In this document: positions 17,608 to 24,647 of the stretch, piece by piece
How the letters are laid out: every line of letters starts with the position of its first letter
How positions within the stretch are numbered: position 1 is the stretch's first letter
NCBI RefSeq assembly: GCF_000179635.2
Contig: NC_014833.1
Location: 180,001 to 212,000, forward strand
Length of the DNA stretch: 32,000 bases
Direction: 5' to 3'
DNA from: Ruminococcus albus 7 = DSM 20455
Lineage (GTDB): Bacteria > Bacillota > Clostridia > Oscillospirales > Ruminococcaceae
Program-made: the position numbers and the translations under genes
The notes under the pieces: model-generated
Database searches by the model: none
What the model saw: only the letters and a program-made list of their open reading frames with translations
What the model was told of the DNA's origin: nothing

Positions 17608-17636
17608 ATTATAACATATATTTCTGCAAATGTAAA
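17608..17636 (-). promoter_or_regulatory. sigma-A type promoter of the DUF1858 gene
   Basis: On the minus strand: TTTACA (17636-17631), 17-nt spacer ending in TGT, TATAAT (17613-17608). Confidence 0.5.
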
Positions 17637-17714
17637 GATACAGGGATACAAAATTTGGATAATTTCAGTAGACTTTATATATTTTGTTCACAACCGTCCG
17701 GTTTGAGTGCGTAT

Positions 17715-18317
17715 TCAGATACTGTTGCAGTCCATGCCCCACTTTGTCATGCACAGGCGGATATAATATCCCTGAGGTACACCGCAGACGGGGCATTCTT
17801 CGGGGGCACTGCTGCTTGAAAGTATAAATCCGCAGTTCATGCATACCCAGACTTCTTCTTCATCACTGCTGTAAAGCTGTCCTTGGCGGATAAGCTCTGC
17901 AAAAGCTGAAAATCTTTCGGCGTGGGCATTTTCTATCTTTGCGATGTTCTCAAAATCACGGGCGATGTCGGCAAAGCCCTCCTCGCGGGCGATGCGGGCA
18001 AATTCGGGGTAGATAGTCCCTGATTCGTTCCGCTCATGTTCTGCTGACATATCAAGCACCGTAAGGAGGTCACTGCTTATATCCACGGGATAGTCTGCAC
18101 AGATCTCCAGCTGCTGCCCCGAAAGATCTTTCAGATGATCGTAGAACACCTGTGCGTGGGCACTTTCCTGGTCGGCAGTAAAACCGAACAGCTCTGATAC
18201 TGCGTAGTCCTGTGCAGCGAACTTTTTCTGTGCAAAGGTGTACCTGTTGCGTGCCTGACTTTCGCCTGCAAATGCTTTCATAAGGTTTTCACGGGTCACG
18301 GAATCTGCTAAATTCAT
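17715..18317 (-). CDS. rbr: Rubrerythrin
   Basis: TRENLMKAFAGESQARNRYTF (ferritin-like diiron domain), a second E..H helix pair, and a C-terminal rubredoxin-type CMNCG...CPVCG. I prefer the ATG at 18317 (MNLADS; RBS AAAGGAA) over 18341. Confidence 0.9.
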   Translation of the reverse strand: MNLADSVTRENLMKAFAGESQARNRYTFAQKKFAAQDYAVSELFGFTADQESAHAQVFYDHLKDLSGQQLEICADYPVDISSDLLTVLDMSAEHERNESGTIYPEFARIAREEGFADIARDFENIAKIENAHAERFSAFAELIRQGQLYSSDEEEVWVCMNCGFILSSSSAPEECPVCGVPQGYYIRLCMTKWGMDCNSI

Positions 18318-18341
18318 ATCATTGTTCCTTTCTGTATCCAT

Positions 18342-19679
18342 TTATATGGTTAGGGTGCCGTTCTCGTTTTCTTCAAGAAGAAGCACACGTTCCTCAGCAG
18401 CGGTTACTGCGTTGATATAAACCAGTACCCTGCGTCCGCTTGCTGCCTGACAGGTGTATTCGTAGCACAGTACTTCGTTTCCTCCGTCAGTGGGTATGAC
18501 TGCCATTCGGTCGCTCAGTACCCTCAGCCTTGGAGATATCTCTTTTTTCGCACGAAGGACGGAGCATATCTTGTCATCGTATTCGCGCTTGCGGTGGTTC
18601 GTCAGGAATCCCCTGGCATCATAGCCGAGTATATCACCGTTATCCATAGCCACCGATACCTTTACAAGATCGGGATATATACGTCTGCCAAGATCGCTGT
18701 AGCAGAAATTCACGGTCATAACATTGTCCTGTATCTCATAGTAGGTCTTCTCCATAGACAGTATACCCAGATCCTGTAGGCAGCTTTCGGCTTTTTGTAC
18801 GGCAGTGTCGTTATCGAGCTTTGTACTGTCAACATTGCGCATCTTCAGAAAATATGAGATATATCCACCATTCTTTGTTACCTCGCAGAATGCTCCGCCT
18901 TTATCGTCGGAGAATCGCCATGCAGGCATTTTACCTTCTGACTCTGCTGTGTCGGTAAGGTCTGATACGCTGATATCCAGTGCCGAAGAAGCTTTCCGAA
19001 GGCAGTAGTCCTCGCTGACTTCTTCGGCATTTGCTGTCATGTGCGGTGTCTGTTCAAGTATATTGTCGGAGAAAGGTCCGTCATAGATAAGCTTGGGGTA
19101 ATCGTCAAAGCTGCTCTCGAAGTCGGTGAAGCCCTCGGTGACATGGGGCGGTTCTTCGTCAGCCATAACGCCCTCAGCCTGTTCAAATGATAGTCCGCCT
19201 GCAGCTACTTCCCCTTCCAGCTCCCACAGCCTGTCGCTCAGTGCCTTTGAGAACCTGCAGAGGTCTGATATGCTGCTGTATTCCTCAGAGGTTAGCTTTT
19301 CGCCGTCTTGCAGTTTTTTTGACAGTGCCATAGAATAATTTCCGACCTGTGAGAGAAACTTGTTAGTGTTTTCAAGATCGAGCTGACTTACGGGAAGTCT
19401 TGCAAGGGCTGAACGGGCGGCGGAAGCATCGCGGCAGAGGTCGGCTGCGATAGCCTGCTGTACTTGTCCCGATGCGGAATACAGCTGTTTTTCAAGTGAG
19501 TTTGAGATGTTCTCGCAGCTGCCTGCAAGCTCTTCGACAGCGGCAGAGTAAGAATTGTTCACTGCACGCTGAGCAGTATCTGCACGTTTTGTCAGCAAAA
19601 CATTTTTTACCGATAGCGCAGTGATCGCTGATAATGACAGCAGGGACATTTTTATCAGTCCGCGTTTTGTTATATGCAT
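18342..19679 (-). CDS. ypeB: Spore germination protein YpeB (PepSY-domain protein)
   Basis: N-terminal membrane anchor. The C-terminal block GDILGYDARGFLTNHRKR...GGNEVLCYEY...RVLVYINAVTAAEERV aligns by eye with B. subtilis YpeB (GEVVGFSARDFLTSHRKR...GQEVLCYEF...RIFINAKDGSEEKV). I prefer the start at 19679 (MHITKRG; AAAGGA RBS with 9-nt spacing), because a terminator occupies 19739-19777 inside the longer listed ORF. Confidence 0.85.
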   Translation of the reverse strand: MHITKRGLIKMSLLSLSAITALSVKNVLLTKRADTAQRAVNNSYSAAVEELAGSCENISNSLEKQLYSASGQVQQAIAADLCRDASAARSALARLPVSQLDLENTNKFLSQVGNYSMALSKKLQDGEKLTSEEYSSISDLCRFSKALSDRLWELEGEVAAGGLSFEQAEGVMADEEPPHVTEGFTDFESSFDDYPKLIYDGPFSDNILEQTPHMTANAEEVSEDYCLRKASSALDISVSDLTDTAESEGKMPAWRFSDDKGGAFCEVTKNGGYISYFLKMRNVDSTKLDNDTAVQKAESCLQDLGILSMEKTYYEIQDNVMTVNFCYSDLGRRIYPDLVKVSVAMDNGDILGYDARGFLTNHRKREYDDKICSVLRAKKEISPRLRVLSDRMAVIPTDGGNEVLCYEYTCQAASGRRVLVYINAVTAAEERVLLLEENENGTLTI

Positions 19680-19709
19680 AAGCATCATTCCTTTACATGA
19701 TCTTGAATA

Positions 19710-19738
19710 TAGTATGTCACGATGCAAAAGGATTATGC
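19710..19738 (-). promoter_or_regulatory. Candidate forespore (sigma-G/sigma-F-like) promoter of ypeB
   Basis: On the minus strand: GCATA (19738-19734), 17 nt, CATACTA (19716-19710). As I recall it, the sigma-G consensus is GHATR, about 17-18 nt, CATXHTA. No good sigma-A promoter is visible here. Confidence 0.35.
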
Positions 19739-19777
19739 AAAACAAAACGGACGGAGAATACGAGTTCTCCATCCGTT
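19739..19777 (-). terminator. Rho-independent terminator of the ABC-2 operon
   Basis: Minus-strand AACGGATGGAGAA ctcgta TTCTCCGTCCGTT (12 of 13 bp paired) followed by TTGTTTTG, 15 nt after the permease stop. Confidence 0.8.
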
Positions 19778-19791
19778 TGATGATAATTGTT

Positions 19792-21117
19792 TTATACGGA
19801 ACGTCTTGTAAAGCTGTCCCATGCTGTAAGCAGGAATACTGCCATGTGCGCGATGATAACTATGAGTGCAAATCCCAGGGAGTGCTGTGGGAACACCGAT
19901 GTACCCTTGTAAATGTTAAGCAGATCGGTGTTTGCGAATATAAGATATCTGCCCCAGTCCAGATTGAAGGAATACATTACAGATACCAATGCAACGTCTA
20001 TGGAATTTAGTATGTAGCCTGTGATCACAGCAAGTGCGGTGCTTCTTACTAATGAGGACAGCGTGAATGCAAGTGTTGTGGATATGATAACCTGAACGCT
20101 CTTCAGCATGAAAGACTTTATAAGATAAACGAATGTGCTTTGTGCAATTACCTCGCCGTCAATGACACTGATATATGGAGCCGTTATACCCTTGAAGCTG
20201 AACAATAATCCCGTGATAGGTATGTTTATCAGGAACATTACCAGCATCATCAAAAAGCCCAATGATATCACGGTGAAATATTTTGCCATAAGTATCTTTT
20301 CACGCTTGACAGGGCTTATAAGCAGAAATTTTATAGTGCCCTGGCTGAATTCACTTGATACGATGCCGCCTGCTATCACGATCATGATGATTCCGATAAA
20401 GCTTTCAACATAGGGTATCTTTATCATTACATCCCAGAAATCAAAGTGCTCGTATGGGGTGATATCAAACAGTGAACTGGGTTTATACGAAGTGTCTTCG
20501 TATACCTCATGTTCAAGCTGATACATACCTACCATAACGATTTCCTGCTGAGATCTGCCGGTAGTGTCGAACGCTTCTCCGTTCATGCCGTTTGCAATTT
20601 GATTTATTATCTTATTCTGTTCGTCGAATTTGCTGCTGTAGTCTATATTGTGTTCAAGCCTGTAATTGCAAGCCCATCGCTCACCGGTGGAGGCATCCAT
20701 GCTGTTTGCAGTGTATGTCATGAAACCACGCCAGTCATCGGTCTTGCAAAACATAGTCATTGTCTGTATCTCACGCTTGGAATCAGAGTACATACCTTGC
20801 GTGCAGGCTCTATACTGCCAGTCCGATGCCGGGTCGAAAGCTTCGATAAGTTCCAGCTTGTAATCGCGAAACGGGATATCGGGTGAGTTTTCCAATTCCA
20901 ACTTTTTATCTTCCATCCTATTCGCATAGTGCTCGCTGTAGTCTGTTGTTTTACTGTCGATATCCCCGATAGCGTAATGGTCTATCAGCTTCATCAGCGG
21001 TGCAAAGCACAGGCAAGCTGCCAGGAAGATCACCAGCAGTATCCTTGTTGAAGGCTTTTTGTATAACTTTATATACTCGTTTTTAACGAGTGCAAAAAAC
21101 TTACCCAATCTGTCCAT
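19792..21117 (-). CDS. ABC-2-type transporter permease with a large extracytoplasmic loop
   Basis: TM1 lies near aa 25-45. A hydrophilic region of about 180 aa follows, then five predicted TM helices in the C-terminal half. The start overlaps the ATPase gene's 3' end by 17 nt. An AAGGAG abuts the ATG, so the TTG at 21108 is an alternative start. Confidence 0.8.
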   Translation of the reverse strand: MDRLGKFFALVKNEYIKLYKKPSTRILLVIFLAACLCFAPLMKLIDHYAIGDIDSKTTDYSEHYANRMEDKKLELENSPDIPFRDYKLELIEAFDPASDWQYRACTQGMYSDSKREIQTMTMFCKTDDWRGFMTYTANSMDASTGERWACNYRLEHNIDYSSKFDEQNKIINQIANGMNGEAFDTTGRSQQEIVMVGMYQLEHEVYEDTSYKPSSLFDITPYEHFDFWDVMIKIPYVESFIGIIMIVIAGGIVSSEFSQGTIKFLLISPVKREKILMAKYFTVISLGFLMMLVMFLINIPITGLLFSFKGITAPYISVIDGEVIAQSTFVYLIKSFMLKSVQVIISTTLAFTLSSLVRSTALAVITGYILNSIDVALVSVMYSFNLDWGRYLIFANTDLLNIYKGTSVFPQHSLGFALIVIIAHMAVFLLTAWDSFTRRSV

Positions 21118-22045
21118 CTCCTTCCGTTCCTGTGAGCTCTATGAATACCTCTTCGAGCTTTTTGCTTTCCTTGGGGTGTACGGAGTAGATGTTCATGCCG
21201 TTCCCTGCCATCTTCTTTATTGCTTCAGCTATATCCGCTTTTGCGTTGGTGCTGTCAAGCTTGATATAGAGCATACTGCCCTGTGCGGTTATGTTGTCGG
21301 TGTCGAGTATCTCCAGCGCCTTTTCGGCATCATCGGTCTCAATTATGTATTCGGTGGAGTTTCCCTGTGATTGGGAGATTATCTCCTCCATAGTATAAGT
21401 GCCTATCATACTGCCTTTTGCGATTATACCAACACGGTCACACATCATTTCCATCTCGCTCATAAGGTGAGATGATACCACTACGCACACTCCGTCCTTG
21501 TGAGCAAGATCTCTCAGGATATCACGAAGTTCCTTGATACCCTGGGGGTCAAGACCGTTTGTAGGTTCGTCCAGTATAAGGAGCTTTGGTTTGTGCATAA
21601 GTGCCTGTGCAACACCAAGCCTCTGGCGCATACCCAGGGAGTACTTTGATACCTTATCGTTTATGCGATTGGATAGTTTTACCAGCTCGACAGCTTTGTC
21701 GATCTCTGAAAAGTCCAGTCCACGCATACGGGCATACTGTCTGAGATTTTCTTTGCCCGTCATGAATTTGTATAACTCCGGATTTTCAACTATACCGCCC
21801 ACATTATACATAGCAGCTTCAAATTCCTTGGTGATATCGTGTCCGCAGATCTTTACATCACCTTCGTCCAGAAGCAGGAGTCCCACTACGATTTTTATGG
21901 TAGTGGTCTTGCCTGCGCCGTTTGGTCCCAGAAAACCGAAGACCTCGCCTGCATAGCACTCCAGATCAATATCATGTAGGATATGCTTCTTGCCGATGGT
22001 CTTGTTCAGCCCCTTTATGCTCAGGACTACATTATTCTTGTCCAT
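21101..22045 (-). CDS. ABC transporter ATP-binding protein
   Basis: Walker A GPNGAGKTT, signature YSLGMRQR, Walker B LLILDEP, H-loop SSHLM. I prefer the start MDKNNVV at 22045 (RBS AGGGAGGTG). It overlaps the upstream gene by 14 nt. Confidence 0.92.
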   Translation of the reverse strand: MDKNNVVLSIKGLNKTIGKKHILHDIDLECYAGEVFGFLGPNGAGKTTTIKIVVGLLLLDEGDVKICGHDITKEFEAAMYNVGGIVENPELYKFMTGKENLRQYARMRGLDFSEIDKAVELVKLSNRINDKVSKYSLGMRQRLGVAQALMHKPKLLILDEPTNGLDPQGIKELRDILRDLAHKDGVCVVVSSHLMSEMEMMCDRVGIIAKGSMIGTYTMEEIISQSQGNSTEYIIETDDAEKALEILDTDNITAQGSMLYIKLDSTNAKADIAEAIKKMAGNGMNIYSVHPKESKKLEEVFIELTGTEGDGQIG

Positions 22046-22715
22046 CAGCTTCACCTCCCTCGTTTTGATCGGGATACTGTATATCGACATTAGGATAATC
22101 ATCATCGGATCTTGATACTTTTACAGCTTTCCAGACCCCGTCTTCCTTCTGCATTATCATATTGTATGAGCCGCTGACAGTGATCTGCTTATTACAATCC
22201 CATTTGCTTTTGTCGCGCACATCCCATGCGGTGCCTATATTGTATGCAGGCAGCTGCAGGAACGGTACACCGTCGATATCACAGCTCATTGTGTATGTTA
22301 CCCAGATTTCAGCACCGTCTATGCCCCATTTTGATACGGATGCTTTTAATTGTTTGTATTCTGCGGAGTTTACACGGTCGTTACCTGTATTGTCGGCGGT
22401 CGAAGATTCAAGATCTAAAAGCAAAGCAGATTTGTTCATTACAAGTCCGTTTTCTGCTTCATCGACGGTAAGCGAATATGCTTTGTTGATGAAATTATCC
22501 TGTATACGGGAAGCCAGCATACGCTTTACACCCTCGCGGTTATCACCGATATTTGCCTCGGCTATCGTTCTTCCTATCTCCTCTGCACGTTCCTGTATCT
22601 CGGGGATATTGCTTTTGAACATAATGTTCTGAACAATAACATACACAGCGGTGCCTGCACCCAGCAAAATGCCAAGCACCACTCCTCGGTTCACGCGGTC
22701 AAGTCGTAACTTCAT
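22032..22715 (-). CDS. N-terminally membrane-anchored hypothetical protein, first gene of the ABC-2 operon
   Basis: One TM helix (GVVLGILLGAGTAVYVIV), then a soluble domain of about 190 aa ending in an acidic tail (DQNEGGEADGQE). No family recognised. Confidence 0.7.
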   Translation of the reverse strand: MKLRLDRVNRGVVLGILLGAGTAVYVIVQNIMFKSNIPEIQERAEEIGRTIAEANIGDNREGVKRMLASRIQDNFINKAYSLTVDEAENGLVMNKSALLLDLESSTADNTGNDRVNSAEYKQLKASVSKWGIDGAEIWVTYTMSCDIDGVPFLQLPAYNIGTAWDVRDKSKWDCNKQITVSGSYNMIMQKEDGVWKAVKVSRSDDDYPNVDIQYPDQNEGGEADGQE

Positions 22716-23110
22716 TTTCTAACCATCTTCTTTCTTTTGAAATTGTAAAATAAGGTTATCACACTGACGCACTGCGCTGAATAACTTTTTGACAGACTGT
22801 AACAATGATCGGTGGTATTATATTGCCTCTGCTGCGGCATCGGAAGAATACTCATCAATAAATGTACTTCGTTGTATTGATATGTTAAGCGGTGTGCTGA
22901 AGTGATAACCACATTTTTGAACGAATATCAATAACGTTTATGATTATAACACGAACTTAACAAAAAAGCAATAGTTTTTTCTCGAGTTTAAGATAAATTT
23001 AAGACAAAATTTAATCAGTATATTATAGTTTATAAATATAGTAATAGGAAGAATGTTTAACCGATGATAGATAACAAGTCCGATTTTTTTCACTTTTTTA
23101 TGAAAAAAGG

Positions 23111-23139
23111 TTGACCTGACAGAAAATAAGTGGTATAAT
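23111..23139 (+). promoter_or_regulatory. sigma-A type promoter of the MBOAT/DHHW/FkbH/carrier operon
   Basis: TTGACC (23111-23116), 17-nt spacer ending in TGg, TATAAT (23134-23139). An A/T-rich inverted repeat, CTTTTTT atg AAAAAAG (23093-23109), lies immediately upstream in the UP-element position. Confidence 0.6.
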
Positions 23140-23211
23140 AACTGTATATGACCGATTTTGTATAATTCGGTGAATTATTGGAAATTTTTACATGGCGGGG
23201 AGTAGTATAAC

Positions 23212-24633
23212 GTGGTTTTTGCAGATCTGTTTTTTCTGTATTTCTTTTTGCCTGTGTGTCTGATATGTTATTTCATCACACGCAACGCAACGATACGCAA
23301 TATTGTACTAATAGTCTTTTCAATGATATTCTACGCATGGGGCGAACCTGTATGGGTCAGCATACTATGCGTATCAGCACTGGTCGATTACTACAACGGA
23401 CGAGTCATCGAGAAACATCCCGAAGGCTGGCAGGCGAAGATGGCGCTTGCATGGTCACTTATATTCAATCTGGGATTGCTGTTCGGGTTCAAGTATACGG
23501 GGTTCTTTGTTGAAAATCTCAACAATGCCGCAGGACTCGGGCTGCCTGTGCCGCACATAAAGCTGCCCATAGGCATATCCTTCTACACATTCCAGACCAT
23601 ATCCTATACTATAGACTGCTACTGGGGCAAGGTAAAGCCGCAGAAGAGTTTTCTGAAATTCCTGATGTACGTATCTCTTTTCCCGCAGCTTGTTGCAGGA
23701 CCTATCGTAAGGTACTCCGTCATCGCTGAGGAGATAGAGGACAGAAAGACCACCATAAACGATCTTTCAGAGGGATTCTCGCGGATAATACTCGGTCTTG
23801 GCAAAAAGGTGCTTATCGCCAACAGCCTGAGTACGGTAGTCACCTCGCTTTTCGGTGATGCAGATAACGGCTATTCTGCAATAGACTCGCTTTCAGTGTT
23901 GGGCACATGGTACGGCGCTATACTTGTGGGACTCTGGTATTACTTTGATTTCTCGGGATACTCCGATATAGCTATCGGTCTGGGACGTATATTCGGCTTC
24001 CATTTTGATGAGAACTTCAAGTATCCTTTTATATGCAAGACTATATCCGAATTCTGGCAGAGATGGCATATCTCCCTGAGTTCATTCTTCCGTGATTATG
24101 TGCTGTACATACCGATATTCGGCAAAAGGCGCAAATACGGCGGACTTTTCCTTGTGTGGTTCCTGACTGGTCTGTGGCACGGCGCAAGCTGGAACTTCGT
24201 GTTCTGGGGACTTTACTACGGTCTGTTCATCATGATGGAGATGATGATAGGCAAGAAGAAAATGAAGAAAATGCCCGTACCTGCGGCACATATCTATACC
24301 AAGACGATAATATTCCTGGGCTTCGGCATATTCTATTTTGAGAGCCTGCCAAAGCTGTGCAAGTTCTTCAAGGGACTTGTGGGACTTAACGGCAATTCAT
24401 TCTGTGATTCCTACACCGCTAATATATTTATGGGAAATATTTTCCTGTTCATTATAGCGATATTCTTTTCTATGCCGGTTATCCCGAAGCTTCGTGAGAA
24501 AGCTTTCAGAAAACCGGGAAGTGCATATATTTTCCAGTCGGCAGGCGTTATAAGCAACGCACTGATACTGCTGGCGAGCAGTCTGCTGCTGCTTAACAAC
24601 ACAAACAATCCGTTCCTTTATTTCAGATTCTGA
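23212..24633 (+). CDS. MBOAT-family membrane O-acyltransferase (AlgI/DltB-like)
   Basis: 473 aa and polytopic. The conserved MBOAT catalytic region EFWQRWHISLSSFFRDY has its His codon at 24067-24069, and a downstream GLWHGASW motif is present. GTG start with a GGGGAG RBS. Confidence 0.92.
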   Translation: MVFADLFFLYFFLPVCLICYFITRNATIRNIVLIVFSMIFYAWGEPVWVSILCVSALVDYYNGRVIEKHPEGWQAKMALAWSLIFNLGLLFGFKYTGFFVENLNNAAGLGLPVPHIKLPIGISFYTFQTISYTIDCYWGKVKPQKSFLKFLMYVSLFPQLVAGPIVRYSVIAEEIEDRKTTINDLSEGFSRIILGLGKKVLIANSLSTVVTSLFGDADNGYSAIDSLSVLGTWYGAILVGLWYYFDFSGYSDIAIGLGRIFGFHFDENFKYPFICKTISEFWQRWHISLSSFFRDYVLYIPIFGKRRKYGGLFLVWFLTGLWHGASWNFVFWGLYYGLFIMMEMMIGKKKMKKMPVPAAHIYTKTIIFLGFGIFYFESLPKLCKFFKGLVGLNGNSFCDSYTANIFMGNIFLFIIAIFFSMPVIPKLREKAFRKPGSAYIFQSAGVISNALILLASSLLLLNNTNNPFLYFRF

Positions 24634-24647
24634 GCAGGTGAGTGACA

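Noticed and set aside
22754-22910. 9-bp long-range inverted repeat GGTTATCAC / GTGATAACC in the ABC operon leader.
   Set aside because: A single 9-mer match within a ~200-nt AT-rich region is not far from chance expectation, and no supporting secondary structure surrounds it.
22712-22912. 66-aa minus-strand ORF whose TGA overlaps the ATG of the first ABC-operon gene (ATGA junction); a possible leader peptide or coupled small gene.
   Set aside because: It has a GTG start without a convincing RBS. Its sequence (Gln/Tyr/Ser-rich, no hydrophobic or amphipathic pattern) does not look protein-like, and it lies in an AT-rich leader where open frames arise easily. The ATGA overlap alone is insufficient.
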